Origin: Patescibacteria group bacterium
GTDB taxonomy: Bacteria > Patescibacteriota > Minisyncoccia > Portnoybacterales > UBA2143
Length of the DNA: 64,000 nucleotides
Reading direction: 5' to 3'
Assembly: GCA_018830295.1 (NCBI GenBank)
Contig: JAHJSM010000002.1
Coordinates: 14,598-78,597, forward strand
Shown: positions 1 through 8,817 of the stretch, in pieces
How the letters are laid out: each line of letters opens with the position of its first letter
How positions within the stretch are numbered: position 1 is the first letter of the stretch
Program-made: the position numbers and the translations under genes
Notes under the pieces: model-generated
The model's database searches: none
What the model saw: only the letters and a program-made list of their open reading frames with translations
What the model was told of the DNA's origin: nothing

Positions 1-941
1 AACATTTAAAAGAATTGGCTGAACATAGCCAGGCGATCGCGCGACAATTCATTCCTTCTCGAGAAGAAGAAAAGAAGGGGAAGATAACGGTCGCCGACCC
101 GCTGTTGGAAGATGAGCATACAGCGGTCAGGGGTTTGGTGCATAAATATTCCAATCGCGCTTTGATTTTGCTAACGATGAATTGCGCGGCTTATTGCCGT
201 TTTTGCACGCGCCGACGGAGCGTTTCCGACATTCAAAAAGGCGTAATTTCCGACTATGATTTGGACCAGATGGTCAATTATCTTAAAAAAAATCCTAAGA
301 TAAAGGAGTTAATTTTATCGGGCGGAGATCCTTTAACCACGCCTCAAATTTTGGAAAAGGCGTTGCGAAAATTCACTAAATTGCCGCAGATAAAAATCAT
401 TCGCGTCGGGACGCGCTTGCCTGTCTCCGACCCTAAGATGGTGAACAGAAAAGTTTTGTCGGCTTTGAGCGTCGTCAAAAACCAACCCCTTTATCTGATG
501 CTCCATTTTGAGCACCCAGACGAAATTACGCCGGCGACAATCAAGGCGGTCAAAAAATTAAAACAGGTTTCAAGCATGATGTTTTCCCAATCGGTCTTTT
601 TGAAGGGGGTCAATGATGATGTTTATGTCTTATCTGAATTGTTTTCCAAATTGGTTGAGATCGGCGTCAAGCCGTATTATATCTATCGCTGCGATTATGT
701 TGAAGGAGCCGAACATTTTATTGTTGATTTTAACAAAGAAATTGAGATTATGAGCAAACTTCGCGCGCGGTTGAGCGGGTTGGCTTTTCCTTCTTATGTG
801 ATTGATATCGCTGGCGGAGAAGGAAAAATTCCAGTCCCGCTTGATTTTTGGAAGTTTGACCGAAACCGTTATCAAGATTTCACCGGTAAAAAAATCGCGC
901 GGCCAAAAAAAGCAGCCCTATGTTCGCGGGCTGCTTTTTGA
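1..941 (+). CDS. KamA-family radical SAM protein (lysine 2,3-aminomutase/EpmB-like), 5' end probably outside window
   Basis: CAAYCRFCTRRR CxxxCxxC motif, LSGGDPL, GVKPYYIYRCD, GKIP; frame is open to the window edge. Confidence 0.9.
   Translation, partial: HLKELAEHSQAIARQFIPSREEEKKGKITVADPLLEDEHTAVRGLVHKYSNRALILLTMNCAAYCRFCTRRRSVSDIQKGVISDYDLDQMVNYLKKNPKIKELILSGGDPLTTPQILEKALRKFTKLPQIKIIRVGTRLPVSDPKMVNRKVLSALSVVKNQPLYLMLHFEHPDEITPATIKAVKKLKQVSSMMFSQSVFLKGVNDDVYVLSELFSKLVEIGVKPYYIYRCDYVEGAEHFIVDFNKEIEIMSKLRARLSGLAFPSYVIDIAGGEGKIPVPLDFWKFDRNRYQDFTGKKIARPKKAALCSRAAF
906..939. terminator. Bidirectional intrinsic terminator between convergent genes
   Basis: AAAAAAGCAGCCC-loop-GGGCTGCTTTTT. Confidence 0.7.
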
Positions 942-1610
942 TTAAATCTTATACTTAATTATGATTCCATACTGTTCCAATTGGAAATCAGTTTGGCTTC
1001 CATCTCCTCCAAATTCTTTTTGAGTGTAAAACAATTCGAAATCAATTTTTCCTCGCGTCATCCCGGCGTTTATGGCTATTCCTAATTTTCCATCAGGTTC
1101 CTGGCCGCTGTCTGTGTCTGACCAAAAAGGCAAGAGACCTCCGGCTTCCAAATAATAATTTTTGTATTTCGCGCCAAGCCCGAAAAATGTTTTTATAAAG
1201 TTAAGATCTCCATAAAATCTGTCTTGGTCTCCGTCGTCAGGAGAATTTCTTCTCCATCTTTCAAATCCCAATCCCGCAAACGGATAGATCTCGGTCTCTG
1301 GATTAGGGTAAAAGCGGTAACTTAATTTTCCCGAAACATCAATCCCATCGTGCGGTATTTCTCGGTCTTCATCTGTTGGCTCTGTCATTGCCCAACATTC
1401 CGCGATAAGCTCCTTTCGCAATTTGCCGTCGGAGATTACATTTACTCCGACTCCCATCATGATTTTGTGGCCCGTAGCCATCTGATGGTCTTCTTCGGAA
1501 GCATCAATTGTTCCTAATTTGAAATACGGCTTAACATCAAACGCGCAAGCCGCACTTGCGATAACTGACAACATAACGAGCGAGAGAAAAATAACAAAAA
1601 AATTTTTCAT
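942..1610 (-). CDS. Secreted protein with outer-membrane beta-barrel-like pattern
   Basis: Signal peptide; alternating amphipathic strands (YPFAGLGF, FFGLGAKY, YLEAGG); C-terminal YGIIIKYKI; GGAGG SD upstream. Confidence 0.6.
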   Translation of the reverse strand: MKNFFVIFLSLVMLSVIASAACAFDVKPYFKLGTIDASEEDHQMATGHKIMMGVGVNVISDGKLRKELIAECWAMTEPTDEDREIPHDGIDVSGKLSYRFYPNPETEIYPFAGLGFERWRRNSPDDGDQDRFYGDLNFIKTFFGLGAKYKNYYLEAGGLLPFWSDTDSGQEPDGKLGIAINAGMTRGKIDFELFYTQKEFGGDGSQTDFQLEQYGIIIKYKI

Positions 1611-1752
1611 TTCAACCTCCTTTTTGAGCGTTTAATTTAAAAAATTGATTATTGACAAGGAACTGTTTGAACCAGGATATACTACATTCTTTTTTATTTT
1701 TTGTAAAGACCTCGCGTGTGTGGTATAATCAAAACATAATATAAATAATTTT

Positions 1753-2778
1753 ATGAAAATAAAAGAAGTAAGCGAATTTTTGAAGAGCAATCAAGTCCCT
1801 GATTATAGATTAGGGCAGATTATTAAGGCCGTTTATCAGGACGGCGTTTCTGATTTTTCTGAAATTACGACCATTTCCAAAGAGTTGAGGGAAAAGATGG
1901 GACGGGAGATAAAAATGCTTTCTTTTGAAGTTAAGAAGGTTTTGGAATCGCGCGATAAAAAATCTTTTAAGGCGTTATTAAAATTGGCGGACGGCAATCA
2001 AATTGAAACGGTCTTATTGAGCGCTGTCAAAAATCATTGGTCGGCTTGCGTCTCATCTCAAGCGGGCTGCGCTTTGGGCTGCAGGTTTTGCGCGACAGGA
2101 AAATTGGGATTTAAAAGAAATTTAAAAAGCGAAGAGATAACCGACCAGGTTTTGTTTTGGAAACAGTACATCAGAAAGAATCATTTAGCCGGTAGTTTTC
2201 AAAGTATTGTTTTTATGGGCATGGGCGAGCCGTTTATGAATTACGAAGAGGTAAGCAAGAGCGTAAAAAAATTAATTGACGCAGGATTATTTAATTTCGG
2301 AGCAAGGCATATTTCCATATCTACCGCGGGATTGCCCAAAGGCATCAAGAGATTTGCTAAAGATTTTCCACAAGTCAATTTAGCGATTTCGTTGACGGCG
2401 GCTGATGATAAGAAGCGGTCCGATATTATGCCGATTAATAAAAGATATAAATTGTCGGAAATAAGAAGGGCCTTGGATTATTATTTTGAAAAAAACAACC
2501 GCAAAGTTTTTCTTGAATATATTATGCTGGAGGATGTGAACGACAAGCGCGAGGACGCGGATAATTTGATAGAATTTATCAATTCAAATTTAAAGCCGAG
2601 ACTTTTGCATGTTAATTTAATCCGCTATAATACGGCGGCGGGCGGGCTGAAGCCGTCAAACGAGGCGAAAGTGGATTGGTTTAAGGATTACTTAGGCAAA
2701 AATAAAATCAGCGCAACCGTAAGAAAAAGTTTAGGCGAAGAAATCAAAGCCGCCTGCGGACAATTGGCGGGAAAATAG
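1753..2778 (+). CDS. rlmN: 23S rRNA/tRNA m2A methyltransferase RlmN
   Basis: CVSSQAGCALGCRFCATG, FMGMGEP, AACGQL. Confidence 0.95.
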   Translation: MKIKEVSEFLKSNQVPDYRLGQIIKAVYQDGVSDFSEITTISKELREKMGREIKMLSFEVKKVLESRDKKSFKALLKLADGNQIETVLLSAVKNHWSACVSSQAGCALGCRFCATGKLGFKRNLKSEEITDQVLFWKQYIRKNHLAGSFQSIVFMGMGEPFMNYEEVSKSVKKLIDAGLFNFGARHISISTAGLPKGIKRFAKDFPQVNLAISLTAADDKKRSDIMPINKRYKLSEIRRALDYYFEKNNRKVFLEYIMLEDVNDKREDADNLIEFINSNLKPRLLHVNLIRYNTAAGGLKPSNEAKVDWFKDYLGKNKISATVRKSLGEEIKAACGQLAGK

Positions 2779-2782
2779 ATGT

Positions 2783-2801
2783 TCGGCTATCCGATAGCCG
2801 A
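2783..2801. repeat. Palindrome family B (TTCGGCTWT-N3-AWAGCCGAA), copy 1
   Basis: TCGGCTAT-CCG-ATAGCCGA; related copies at 8036, 17507, 25811. Confidence 0.75.
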
Positions 2802-2912
2802 CTTTTTAAAGTTATACGGGGTTGTAATTTTTTTTTGATAATTTATAATAGAATAAAAACAAAAGGTCGAGTTTTAGTTGAGTTAATTTAATTTATTATT
2901 AAGAAACAAAAT

Positions 2913-5126
2913 ATGAAAAAAATTTTAATTTTTAGTTTAGTTTTGGGAGTAGCGTTAGTTGTTGGTTTGGTTGGCGGCGTCGGCGCGGTGACGCCAATTT
3001 ATGTTGATGACGATTGTGGAACAACACAAGACGGCACAATAGATAATCCTTATTGCACCATTAATGATGCGCTTGTTGCTGCAACTACTGGCGACACGAT
3101 TGAGGTCGCGGCTGGGACTTATACGAATGATATTTGGGATGGTTTGTTAACAGGAAACGATAGATATAGAATTAAAAAAAGTGTCACATTGCTCGGCGCT
3201 CAAGCAGGTGTTGACCCTAACGGACTTACAAGTAGAGGCGAAGAAACAATTCTTGTCAGGACTAACGGTGTTCAGTATTCATTATATGCTTCTGATATAA
3301 CTATTGATGGGTTTATGATTGGTAGTTCAGATGCGAATACTGGCGGACGATTAATAATTTCTGATGTAGCAGATAATGCAATAATAAGAAATTGTATTAT
3401 TCAGAACACGCCAAGCACATCTTCTGGTCATGGAGTTTATATCTATTCAGGAGCAGACAATGCTTTGGTTGAATATAATACATTCTCAAATACTGCATGG
3501 GAAGCTATCGCAAGTTATGGCGCTTCAAATGCTGTGATTACTCACAATTACATTTCCAACTCTGGACAACATGCGATACAATTTATGGGACATTCAGGAA
3601 GTGATAATGAAATCAGCTACAACCACATTTCAGGTATTGTTGACAAGAATGCCATACAGTACTGGGGTGGTTCAGGAGCTATTATAACTCATAACATGAT
3701 TGTCGGTGAAGGAACTATGTATGATGGAATATGGTTGGATGCTGCTGCTGACGAGAGTACTGTAAGTAACAACCAGATTTTCGATACAGTATATGCGGGA
3801 ATAAATGTAAGGGGTGATTGTACAGATGCAACTGTTACATATAATAATATTTCTGGTTGTGGAACGGGGGTAGATGTTGTGGGGTCAATAACCGGAACTG
3901 TAATAAACTTTAATGCCATTCATGGAAATGGAATGGGTGTCTCTAATTATTACAGCACTGATATAATCAATGCAGAATTCAACTGGTGGGGAGATGATAG
4001 TGGTCCAACTCACTCTACAAATCCATCTGGAATAGGTGATGCGGTTAGCGATAATGTGGATTTTACTCCATGGTGGAATGTTAGTAATGAGGAAGTTGTC
4101 AAAATAGATATTAAACCAGGAAGTGATACAAACAGTATAAATCTTGGTAGTAAGGGCGTTGTATCTGTGGCAGTATTAACTACAAATTACTTTGATGTTA
4201 GCACCATTAATGAGGCTACAGTAACATTTGCTGGTGCTCCACAAGTGAAGGTGATTTTGGAGGACAGGGATGGAGATGGTGATTTGGATATGGTATTTCA
4301 TTTTAGGACACAAGATTTGGGTTTAGATGAGAATAGCACTGAAGCCACTCTTTGTGGTGATTATTCTTATAATGAAATCCTGACACAATCTTTCCGTGGC
4401 ACAGATACGGTGAATATTGTACCGACAAAAACTTCTGCGAAAAAACAAAAACAGAACTCAATGATGAATCAGGATTCTGAAAGCGCGTCATATACGACAT
4501 ACCACGGCAATGGTATTTACAGCACTACACATTTGTTAAGAAAAGATGAGATAAAACCGGAAAAGGCTCCAAAGAAAGCAGTTACACAAGGTCCGACTCT
4601 TTACAAATTGATGGGGGTAAAATGGGCAAGTACGCCAGATTATGTGGCGCAGAGTGACTTGCTTGTTATAGCAGCAACAGCTTCTATAACAACATGGAAT
4701 AATGCAACTGAATTTGGTTTGCTTGGCGTTGGAAGTGTTAATGCAGACATCCCCTTTGAAGCGTTTGATGAAGACGGAAAATTAATAACTGATGGATTTA
4801 ATTCCTACACTTACGGAAATTATCCACTATCAGGCGTAATAGCGGTTTGTAGAACATGGTGGAATGCAGCTGGCGAAATCATTGAATATGATATTATGTT
4901 TGATGATGATTTTGCATGGGGAGATGCGACAGATGATTCAACAGTAATGGATTTGCAGAATATCGCGACGCATGAAATTGGTCACGCTTTTGGCTTGCTT
5001 GATTTGTATAATCGTCCATCCGTGGAGCAGACAATGTATGGATATAGCGGATATGGAGAAACCAAAAAGCGAGATTTAGAAGTAGGCGATATCGCAGGAA
5101 TTCAGGCATTGTACGGAAATAACTAA
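2913..5126 (+). CDS. Secreted multidomain protein: right-handed beta-helix plus C-terminal matrixin (M10-like) metalloprotease
   Basis: Signal peptide; NPYCTINDAL/VAAGTY beta-helix start; C-terminal DLQNIATHEIGHAFGLLD and downstream TMY Met-turn. Confidence 0.8.
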   Translation: MKKILIFSLVLGVALVVGLVGGVGAVTPIYVDDDCGTTQDGTIDNPYCTINDALVAATTGDTIEVAAGTYTNDIWDGLLTGNDRYRIKKSVTLLGAQAGVDPNGLTSRGEETILVRTNGVQYSLYASDITIDGFMIGSSDANTGGRLIISDVADNAIIRNCIIQNTPSTSSGHGVYIYSGADNALVEYNTFSNTAWEAIASYGASNAVITHNYISNSGQHAIQFMGHSGSDNEISYNHISGIVDKNAIQYWGGSGAIITHNMIVGEGTMYDGIWLDAAADESTVSNNQIFDTVYAGINVRGDCTDATVTYNNISGCGTGVDVVGSITGTVINFNAIHGNGMGVSNYYSTDIINAEFNWWGDDSGPTHSTNPSGIGDAVSDNVDFTPWWNVSNEEVVKIDIKPGSDTNSINLGSKGVVSVAVLTTNYFDVSTINEATVTFAGAPQVKVILEDRDGDGDLDMVFHFRTQDLGLDENSTEATLCGDYSYNEILTQSFRGTDTVNIVPTKTSAKKQKQNSMMNQDSESASYTTYHGNGIYSTTHLLRKDEIKPEKAPKKAVTQGPTLYKLMGVKWASTPDYVAQSDLLVIAATASITTWNNATEFGLLGVGSVNADIPFEAFDEDGKLITDGFNSYTYGNYPLSGVIAVCRTWWNAAGEIIEYDIMFDDDFAWGDATDDSTVMDLQNIATHEIGHAFGLLDLYNRPSVEQTMYGYSGYGETKKRDLEVGDIAGIQALYGNN

Positions 5127-5198
5127 GAATAGTTTTTCCTATGCGGGGGTGGGTTTTTTGGACCTGCTCCCGCGTTTGAGGAATTAGAAATACAAATT

Positions 5199-6314
5199 AT
5201 GAAAAAACAATTTAATATCTTGGCGGTTGGTATGGTTATGGTTGGATTAACCGCAGGTTTGCTTGGCATGGTTATGTTTTCTGAGGCGGCGTCGGTTGAT
5301 AAGAATCAGGATTCTTATCAAGAAGCGCCAAAACCCATACATGCCACTAATATAAAAATAGCTAAAAAAATTCCCGCTTCCTTGGTGGGAGAAGATGTAA
5401 GGGGTGTGTCAGAAGTTATTCCAAGGGAATATAATAAGCCCGATTTTTCAGAAAGAGTGGCAACGGGAGTTTTGGGACCGATAGCAATAGGCAATAAATA
5501 CGCCGTGGTGATCGGGATTTGTGATTATCCAGAAGGAGGAGAAATTAGCGATATTTGTCTTTCAGACGGCGATTCTTACAATATGGTAACAGCGCTTATT
5601 GAAAATTATGGATATGATCCAGAGAATATTTATTGGTTTAGAGATATGGGCGGCAAGATTGATGTTAATAATGTTAATATTAGCTATGGGATTCCTACTC
5701 ATGAGAATATCGGAAAAGCCGTGATGGAAATAAAAAATAAAATAAGTCCAAATGACGAAGTGGTGTTTTTCTTCAGCGGACACGGAGTAAGCGGAACAGT
5801 TAACGATGGCACTGTAGAATATGAAAATGACGGAGAAATTATAGACGAAGGAATTGTGGTTCATGACAGCGACGGAGAAATGGACGGAGATGGCTATTCA
5901 ACATTAGATTTTATTTGGGATGGGGAACTAAGAAGTTGGTTTTACGATTTCGGCACAGAAAGAATTGTTTTTATATTTGATACTTGTCTTGCGGGCGGGA
6001 TGAATGATGTGACTCGTGATGAGAATAATGAAATTTATAGCAATCGGATTATTGTTATGTCGTCTGAAGAAACTCAATCTTCTTATGTGTTTTCATACGG
6101 AGATTTTGGAGAAGGGATGTTTAGCCGCCATTTTGTTAACGAAGGAATGTTGCAGGGTTTAGCAGACGGGTATAATCAAATTCAAACAACAGATGGCAAT
6201 GTGGCTGTGGAAGAAGCGTTTGATTATGCTAAAGAAAATATGCCTTCTTATTTATTAAAGTTTAGACAGACACCTGTAATCAGCGATATGTTTGATAACG
6301 ATTTGGTTTTATAA
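5199..6314 (+). CDS. Secreted caspase-like (peptidase C14) protein
   Basis: YAVVIGICDY, FFFSGHG (His), IFDTCLAGG (Cys); signal peptide. Confidence 0.85.
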   Translation: MKKQFNILAVGMVMVGLTAGLLGMVMFSEAASVDKNQDSYQEAPKPIHATNIKIAKKIPASLVGEDVRGVSEVIPREYNKPDFSERVATGVLGPIAIGNKYAVVIGICDYPEGGEISDICLSDGDSYNMVTALIENYGYDPENIYWFRDMGGKIDVNNVNISYGIPTHENIGKAVMEIKNKISPNDEVVFFFSGHGVSGTVNDGTVEYENDGEIIDEGIVVHDSDGEMDGDGYSTLDFIWDGELRSWFYDFGTERIVFIFDTCLAGGMNDVTRDENNEIYSNRIIVMSSEETQSSYVFSYGDFGEGMFSRHFVNEGMLQGLADGYNQIQTTDGNVAVEEAFDYAKENMPSYLLKFRQTPVISDMFDNDLVL

Positions 6315-6426
6315 ACCACAAGAAATAGCCGCGCTGTTTGTAATTTTGACGGGCAAACAAACCAAAAACTACTTCTAAAGAACAGGAGTAGTTTTAGCTT
6401 TTGTAATTGCGCGCTGGGTGTATAAC

Positions 6427-6457
6427 GGGGGCTGCCCCCGCCGCGGGGGCAGCCCCC
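6427..6457. repeat. REP-like palindrome family A doublet
   Basis: GGGGGCTGCCCCCG-CCG-CGGGGGCAGCCCCC. Confidence 0.9.
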
Positions 6458-6583
6458 AAGCAAGTTCCCTAATTTATTCCCAGTGAGCAGTTACATCTTT
6501 TTTAATTGACTTTTTGGGTGAAAGATTGTAGTTTGTTGTATGGGTTTATAAGCACATTAACATTAAAATAAAGGGGGTATAAT

Positions 6584-6801
6584 ATGCCAATGTCAGATGA
6601 TTTTAGAGAGAGATTGCGGGGAATTTTGCCGGAGATAATTAGAATTTTCAAGACGCCTTTTATCCTTTATGACGAGAAAGGAATCCGAAATGGATTTAGA
6701 AAAGTGTTTGAAAACTTTGAAGGCGTGATTCCTTTGATGACTATTTTTCCACACTGTCAGGAGGCAGTGTCGGAGCGATTTTTAAACCATGGAAATTATA
6801 G
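6584..6801 (+). pseudogene. lysA: Internally deleted diaminopimelate decarboxylase remnant
   Basis: N-terminal MPMSDDF..LPEII..FKTPFILYDEKGI joined out of frame to SFDDYFSTL..stop, resembling the LysA C-terminus; directly upstream of dapL. Confidence 0.65.
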
Positions 6802-6810
6802 GAGGATAAA

Positions 6811-7998
6811 ATGGCGAGAGAAAGCAGATTGCCGAAAGGCGGAGAAAATCTTTTTCAGGAAATAAAAAGAGTGTGTTTGGAAGCGGAAGCGAAGGGCGTA
6901 AAATTGTTTCGGCTTTCTATTGGACAGCCGACGGGTCCGGCTTTATTGAGCGCGAGAGAAGGCGCGGCAGAGGCGATTATGAGCGATGAAGAGTCAATGC
7001 ATGAGTATCAGGATAATGGCGAGCCGGGAGTTCCCGGTTTTAGCAAAGCGTTTGTCCAGGCAAATGTGGGGGATTTTGATTTATCGTCTATTGACGATAT
7101 CGCGTATTTGCCAATTCCTGGCATTAAACCGATGCTTGGGCTGATTCCGATGGCGTGTGGGGAGAAAGTTGTTGTTCAAACAATGACGAAACCGGGCTAT
7201 CCCACGCCAGGTGTTTGGTGTGATTATCTTAATCTTCCAAATGAACCAATTTATTTTGCCTCATGGAGCAATTTTAGATTTGACCCCAACAGGAAGGTTT
7301 GTTCTGATGTAACTAATTTGTTAATGCTTAACTATCCTCATAATCCATCTGGGCAAATTGCGACGAAAGATTGGTGGAATGATTTGTGTATATTTTGCTA
7401 TAGGCGCGGTATCCGCATATTCAATGATGCGGCATATGCCATGCTGGCTCATTCATCGGAGGCCTGCACTTTAACTGAGGTGGCCGTTGGTTTTCCAAGT
7501 CTTTCATGGGCAGAGGCCTTTTCCGCTTCCAAGATGATTGGCAATGGGACCGGCTGGCGGATTGGAGCAATGGTTGGTTCGCCTGATTTTATTGGAGACA
7601 TTGCGACGATTAAGGGGAATACTGACAGTGGGTTTAATGCGGCGTTGGCAACGGGCGTTTTGCGGGCAATCAAGGAAGATATAGGAACCGTGCGTTTGGT
7701 TGGGTTAAAATACAAAGAGCGAATCAATCGTCTTATGCTTCTTTTAACTCAAAGAGGGATGCAATTAGCGGTGGAACCAAAGGCGGGATTTTTTACCCTT
7801 TGGAAATGTCCCAAAAGGGCATTTGGCGAGGAGGTCCGAGACGCGAAGCATTTTAACTTTATGATGATTGAGCGGACGGGTATCGTTGGGGTTCATTTTG
7901 ACCCATATATCAGATATGCTGTCGTTGCTCCGATTGAAAATCCGGAATTTATGAAGGCGATTAAAGCGGCCTTTGACGAAGCGGAGGTAGAATATTAA
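6811..7998 (+). CDS. dapL: PLP class I/II aminotransferase, LL-diaminopimelate aminotransferase-like
   Basis: LSIGQP, LNYPHNPSG, NDAAY, FSASK..GWRIG; next to lysA remnant. Confidence 0.75.
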   Translation: MARESRLPKGGENLFQEIKRVCLEAEAKGVKLFRLSIGQPTGPALLSAREGAAEAIMSDEESMHEYQDNGEPGVPGFSKAFVQANVGDFDLSSIDDIAYLPIPGIKPMLGLIPMACGEKVVVQTMTKPGYPTPGVWCDYLNLPNEPIYFASWSNFRFDPNRKVCSDVTNLLMLNYPHNPSGQIATKDWWNDLCIFCYRRGIRIFNDAAYAMLAHSSEACTLTEVAVGFPSLSWAEAFSASKMIGNGTGWRIGAMVGSPDFIGDIATIKGNTDSGFNAALATGVLRAIKEDIGTVRLVGLKYKERINRLMLLLTQRGMQLAVEPKAGFFTLWKCPKRAFGEEVRDAKHFNFMMIERTGIVGVHFDPYIRYAVVAPIENPEFMKAIKAAFDEAEVEY

Positions 7999-8002
7999 AA
8001 TA

Positions 8003-8034
8003 AATGGCGGGACAAATAAGTTCCGCCATTTTTT
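8003..8034 (+). terminator. Intrinsic terminator after aminotransferase
   Basis: AAATGGCGGGA-loop-TTCCGCCATTTTTT. Confidence 0.65.
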
Positions 8035-8035
8035 A

Positions 8036-8058
8036 ATTCGGCTTTGGTAAAGCCGAAT
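8036..8058. repeat. Palindrome family B, copy 2
   Basis: ATTCGGCTTT-GGT-AAAGCCGAAT. Confidence 0.7.
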
Positions 8059-8126
8059 GGTTGGAGGATTGATTTTTGGGCGGGGAGGGGGTAAAATATA
8101 GGATATAAACTTAAAAGCAAGGGCTA

Positions 8127-8154
8127 TTGACATATATCATACATGATATACAAT
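8127..8154 (+). promoter_or_regulatory. Sigma70 promoter with palindromic operator for the TA operon
   Basis: TTGACA-N16-TACAAT enclosing TATATCAT-AC-ATGATATA. Confidence 0.65.
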
Positions 8155-8523
8155 AATAAGTATAAAGTTTTTTATTACTGTAATGGACGAAATAAACGGG
8201 CGCCGGTTTTTGAATATATTAAAAAATTGTCGTCGAAAGATAGAGCAAAAGTTTTTAAGTATATTGATTTTCTTAGAGACAACAAGGGAGTGTTAGATGA
8301 GCCATACTCTAAACATATCAAAGACAAGATTAGAGAGTTGAGGGTAGATTTTTCTCGAAACAGGCATCGTGTTTTTTATGTGGTTGTGATAGAAAAGAGA
8401 ATTATTCTTTTAAGCGCCTTTTTCAAGAAAACATCTAAAACGCCAAAACAAGAAATTATTAGGGCATTAAATAATTTTGAAGATTATAAAGTAAATAAAA
8501 GTTTAATTGAATATGAAAAATAA
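8143..8523 (+). CDS. Type II TA toxin, RelE/HigB (Gp49-like) family
   Basis: EPYSKHI..IRELR, HRVFY, ILLSAFFKKT..TP..EI; precedes an HTH gene. Confidence 0.85.
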   Translation: MIYNNKYKVFYYCNGRNKRAPVFEYIKKLSSKDRAKVFKYIDFLRDNKGVLDEPYSKHIKDKIRELRVDFSRNRHRVFYVVVIEKRIILLSAFFKKTSKTPKQEIIRALNNFEDYKVNKSLIEYEK

Positions 8524-8815
8524 AATTAAAAAAATTACATATTTGTCTTTTGATAAGCATCTTGCCGAGGAATTAAAAAATCCTGAATTTAAGAAGTATT
8601 ATAATGAATACGGCAAGCAGTTGGAGATTGCTTATCAAATTTTGCAATTAAGGAAAAAGAGCAAAATGTCTCAAGCGGAATTGGCTAAGAAAATAGGGAC
8701 AAAACAAAGCAATATCGCTAGAATGGAAAAAGGTCAGCAAAATTTTACGACTGAGACGCTTCAGAGAATCGCTTCGGCTCTTGGTCGCGAGTTGAGAATT
8801 GAATTTGTAAAATAA
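8513..8815 (+). CDS. XRE-family HTH antitoxin (HigA-like)
   Basis: MSQAELAKKIGTKQSNIARMEKG; overlaps toxin stop. Confidence 0.85.
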   Translation: MKNKIKKITYLSFDKHLAEELKNPEFKKYYNEYGKQLEIAYQILQLRKKSKMSQAELAKKIGTKQSNIARMEKGQQNFTTETLQRIASALGRELRIEFVK

Positions 8816-8817
8816 AT

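Noticed and set aside
6584-6865. 93-aa ORF as a functional protein
   Set aside because: The second half is out-of-frame read-through overlapping dapL; better explained as a lysA remnant
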